DNA of 64,000 nucleotides from Haliotis rufescens (Eukaryota): NCBI RefSeq assembly GCF_023055435.1, contig NW_025963779.1, positions 20,708,001 to 20,772,000 of the forward strand, read 5' to 3'. Shown piece by piece: positions 61,597 to 64,000 of this stretch (position 1 is its first letter; each line of letters starts with the position of its first letter). The notes under the pieces were generated by a model. It saw only the letters and a program-made list of their open reading frames with translations, ran no database searches and was not told where the DNA came from. The position numbers and the translations under genes were made by a program.

Positions 61597-64000
61597 ATGT
61601 TTAATCCAAGCTCTGCTGCAACATTGGCCGCTACAACACTCCTTGTGGGATTGCTGCTGTTCAATACGTCTTTGGTGGTGGTGTTCATCACGGTATTTCT
61701 TCTCATATGGCTGTCAACGCGGCGTCCCCCTGGTCTTCCCCCCGGCCCCCCTCTCTTACCAATAGTGGGCAATATCCTCTCCATGGACGCAGACCCCAGG
61801 GTGACATTCAGCAAACTGCGACGTCAGTACGGCGACATCTTCAGCGTGTACATCTTCAACCGGCCACTGATTGTTCTCAGCGGTTACAACGTCATCAAAG
61901 ACGCACTCGTCAAGAACGGCGATGTTTTCTCAGACAGGCCCTACTCTTTTATGACCGATTTCTATGCTGGGAGGAAAGGTAAGCAAACATTACGTGGACC
62001 AAACGTCAAACGGGTATTCATACCCTAATCTCTGTCATATGAAGATTTGTTTGTTTTTATGTTCGTTGTTTGACGCCGCATTCAGCAATATTCCAGCTAT
62101 ATGACGGCGGTCTGTAAAATAATCGAGTCTGGACCAGACAATCCAGTGATTGACATCATGAGCATCGATCCACACAATTGGAATCGATGACATGTATCAA
62201 CCAAGTCAGCGAGCCTGACCACCCGATCCCGTTAGTCGCCTTTTACGACATTCAAGCATAGTCGCCTTTAACGGCAAGTATGGGTTGCTGACGACCTATT
62301 CTAACCCGGAATCTTCACGGGTCCGTGTCATATGAAGAGAAACTCTAAGTGGTTGGCATAGTGACCTTTAGTCACGGATCATTAACCTTACAATGGCGAC
62401 ACCTGGTGTTCGCTTAACTGGTCGGTATGTCCTAGAAGCTGCCATCGTGAGTAATGGTCTAAATCGTTGTGTCCTTGACCTCCACACAACACGGATGCCA
62501 CCGGTCACGGAAATAATTTTCCGAAAAAATAAATCGATGGTTAAAACATTATGTACAACAACAATGTACGTCTCATATTGATGATACCCCCTGGGCGTGT
62601 TCGACCCTCTGCTGATTAGCCCTATGACGTGCCAATGTCCTATTTTCGTTAGGTACTAATCGCAAGAAGTCTTGCTAATGTTCGTTGGTTTATCAGGATA
62701 TATGATTATACCCCTGCGCGTGTTGTAAGTGACGATCGAAGACCTGCATAACTTTAGGCTTACCTGTCTCTTTCGGTTGTCACACCAGGATACAAATTAA
62801 TTACTCTGCAAAGGGGCATTTGACTCAACTCACTCAATCATTCATTACATTACAAATACATGTGCGGTTGCAGTCGTGTTATGCAGTGGTGCATTTTGAT
62901 CATGTCTAAAGCAAGATGCAAGGTTAACCCAACGACAGCAGAGGTGAGGTGAAATGGGGTTTAACGTCGCGTCCAAGATTATTGAACTTATATAGCGACG
63001 TGCATGCACGTGTATGTGTGTGTGTGTGTGTGGCTGCTTGTACTAGTCCGGACTGATGCCGGTTTATAGTGCTAGCACACTGAGATACCATGCCGCAGTT
63101 TAACATGAATACCCCACTCAGACACAGTATACTGACTCCGAGCTGACCGGTCCTTGTTTTAGCCCCTTAATGCCGAGCGCCAGACAGGGTAACAACAAGT
63201 ACCATCTTTTAACGTCTCTTGGTATGACGCGGCTGGGGATCGAAACCCGGACCTTCCGCTCTCCGGGCGGACGCTCTACCATTAGACCACGGAGGCGGTC
63301 CAACGACAGCAGAAATACCTGCTACCGATATAGTCGGCATCGCACAATGGAGTATTTTGAATAGGGAAAGGTGTTTGTCGCATTTATTTACACATAATTG
63401 TTACAATTTTAGGACATTATACTATCAGACAAACAACATGACCGATTATCAAAACTATATAGGTAAAATGAGAGTGCTGTCCTTTTGATCAAAGGCGTCG
63501 CCAGGCAAGCATAGTCGCACATTACGGCAAGCATAGGTTGCTGAAGACCTTTTCTACCCCGATTTTCACGGGCCTTGAGCAGCTTTTGAACGATCATGTA
63601 CATATGTCTTGATCGGCCACAAGCGATATCTGATGTATAAGCAGCGGCATCGTTTCATAACGCGATCGTAGCGCAGTCATAACACCCTTAGTTCAACATA
63701 AAATTACGACAGTCTTGTCAAACAGGGCCCCGATTGTAAATTATCTATCGTTATTACAAGATCGTGTGATAACTAAAACACTTTTCCTACACTTTAGGGT
63801 TAGCTTGCAACCATTTTCCGTCCACACAAGTCGTCACGATATGGCTGAAATATTGCTGATTACGACGTAAAGCATTAACTCGCTCACTCACTCGTCCACA
63901 CATGCATGATAAGCATAACAAGTTCCCTGTATGGTTCATTACCTTTTTAGGAATCGTCCACACATCTGGTTCCAACTGGAAGCAGCAGAGGAAATTTGCC
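61597..64000 (+). CDS. Cytochrome P450, CYP2 clan (exons 1-2, 3'-partial)
   Basis: Exon 61597-61978: hydrophobic N-terminal anchor, RRPPGLPPGPPLLPIVGN hinge, YGDIFSV, IKDALVKNGDVFSDRP; donor AG|GTAAGC. Exon from 63951 (tttttag|) reads GIVHTSGSNWKQQRKFA, the C-helix WxxxR motif, in phase. Confidence 0.92.
62046..62324 (-). mobile_element. SINE-like family C
   Basis: TSD tgtcatatgaaga. Confidence 0.9.
62943..63300 (-). mobile_element. SINE family B
   Basis: TSD caacgacagcaga; lies in P450 intron 1. Confidence 0.92.

Overview
Eukaryotic, intron-rich genomic DNA. It is most likely molluscan; from memory the SINE families resemble those of abalone (Haliotis), which I could not verify. All genes are on the + strand: (1) a giant, >10.1 kb uninterrupted coding exon running in from the left edge, encoding a Lys/Ser/Thr/Glu-rich protein built from ~31-aa modules; (2) a 4-coding-exon TPR-type (TTC24-like) gene whose stop codon is amplified 19 times by a 51-bp tandem repeat; (3) a cluster of four secreted two-ShKT-domain genes, three from a recent ~7-kb tandem triplication (28081-49175) plus one divergent paralogue; and (4) the first two exons of a clan-2 cytochrome P450. 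The ShKT genes are invisible as whole genes in the ORF track because they are spliced. Intergenic and intronic DNA holds about 40 copies of four SINE-like families, a TA-targeting MITE, Tc1 and LINE remnants, a probable solo LTR and several minisatellites. The main highlights are toxin-like diversification of the ShKT cluster, splice-donor and stop-codon amplifying tandem repeats, and a SINE-like family with a fixed, non-tRNA, pseudoknot-forming 5' head. All counts and alignments were done by eye.
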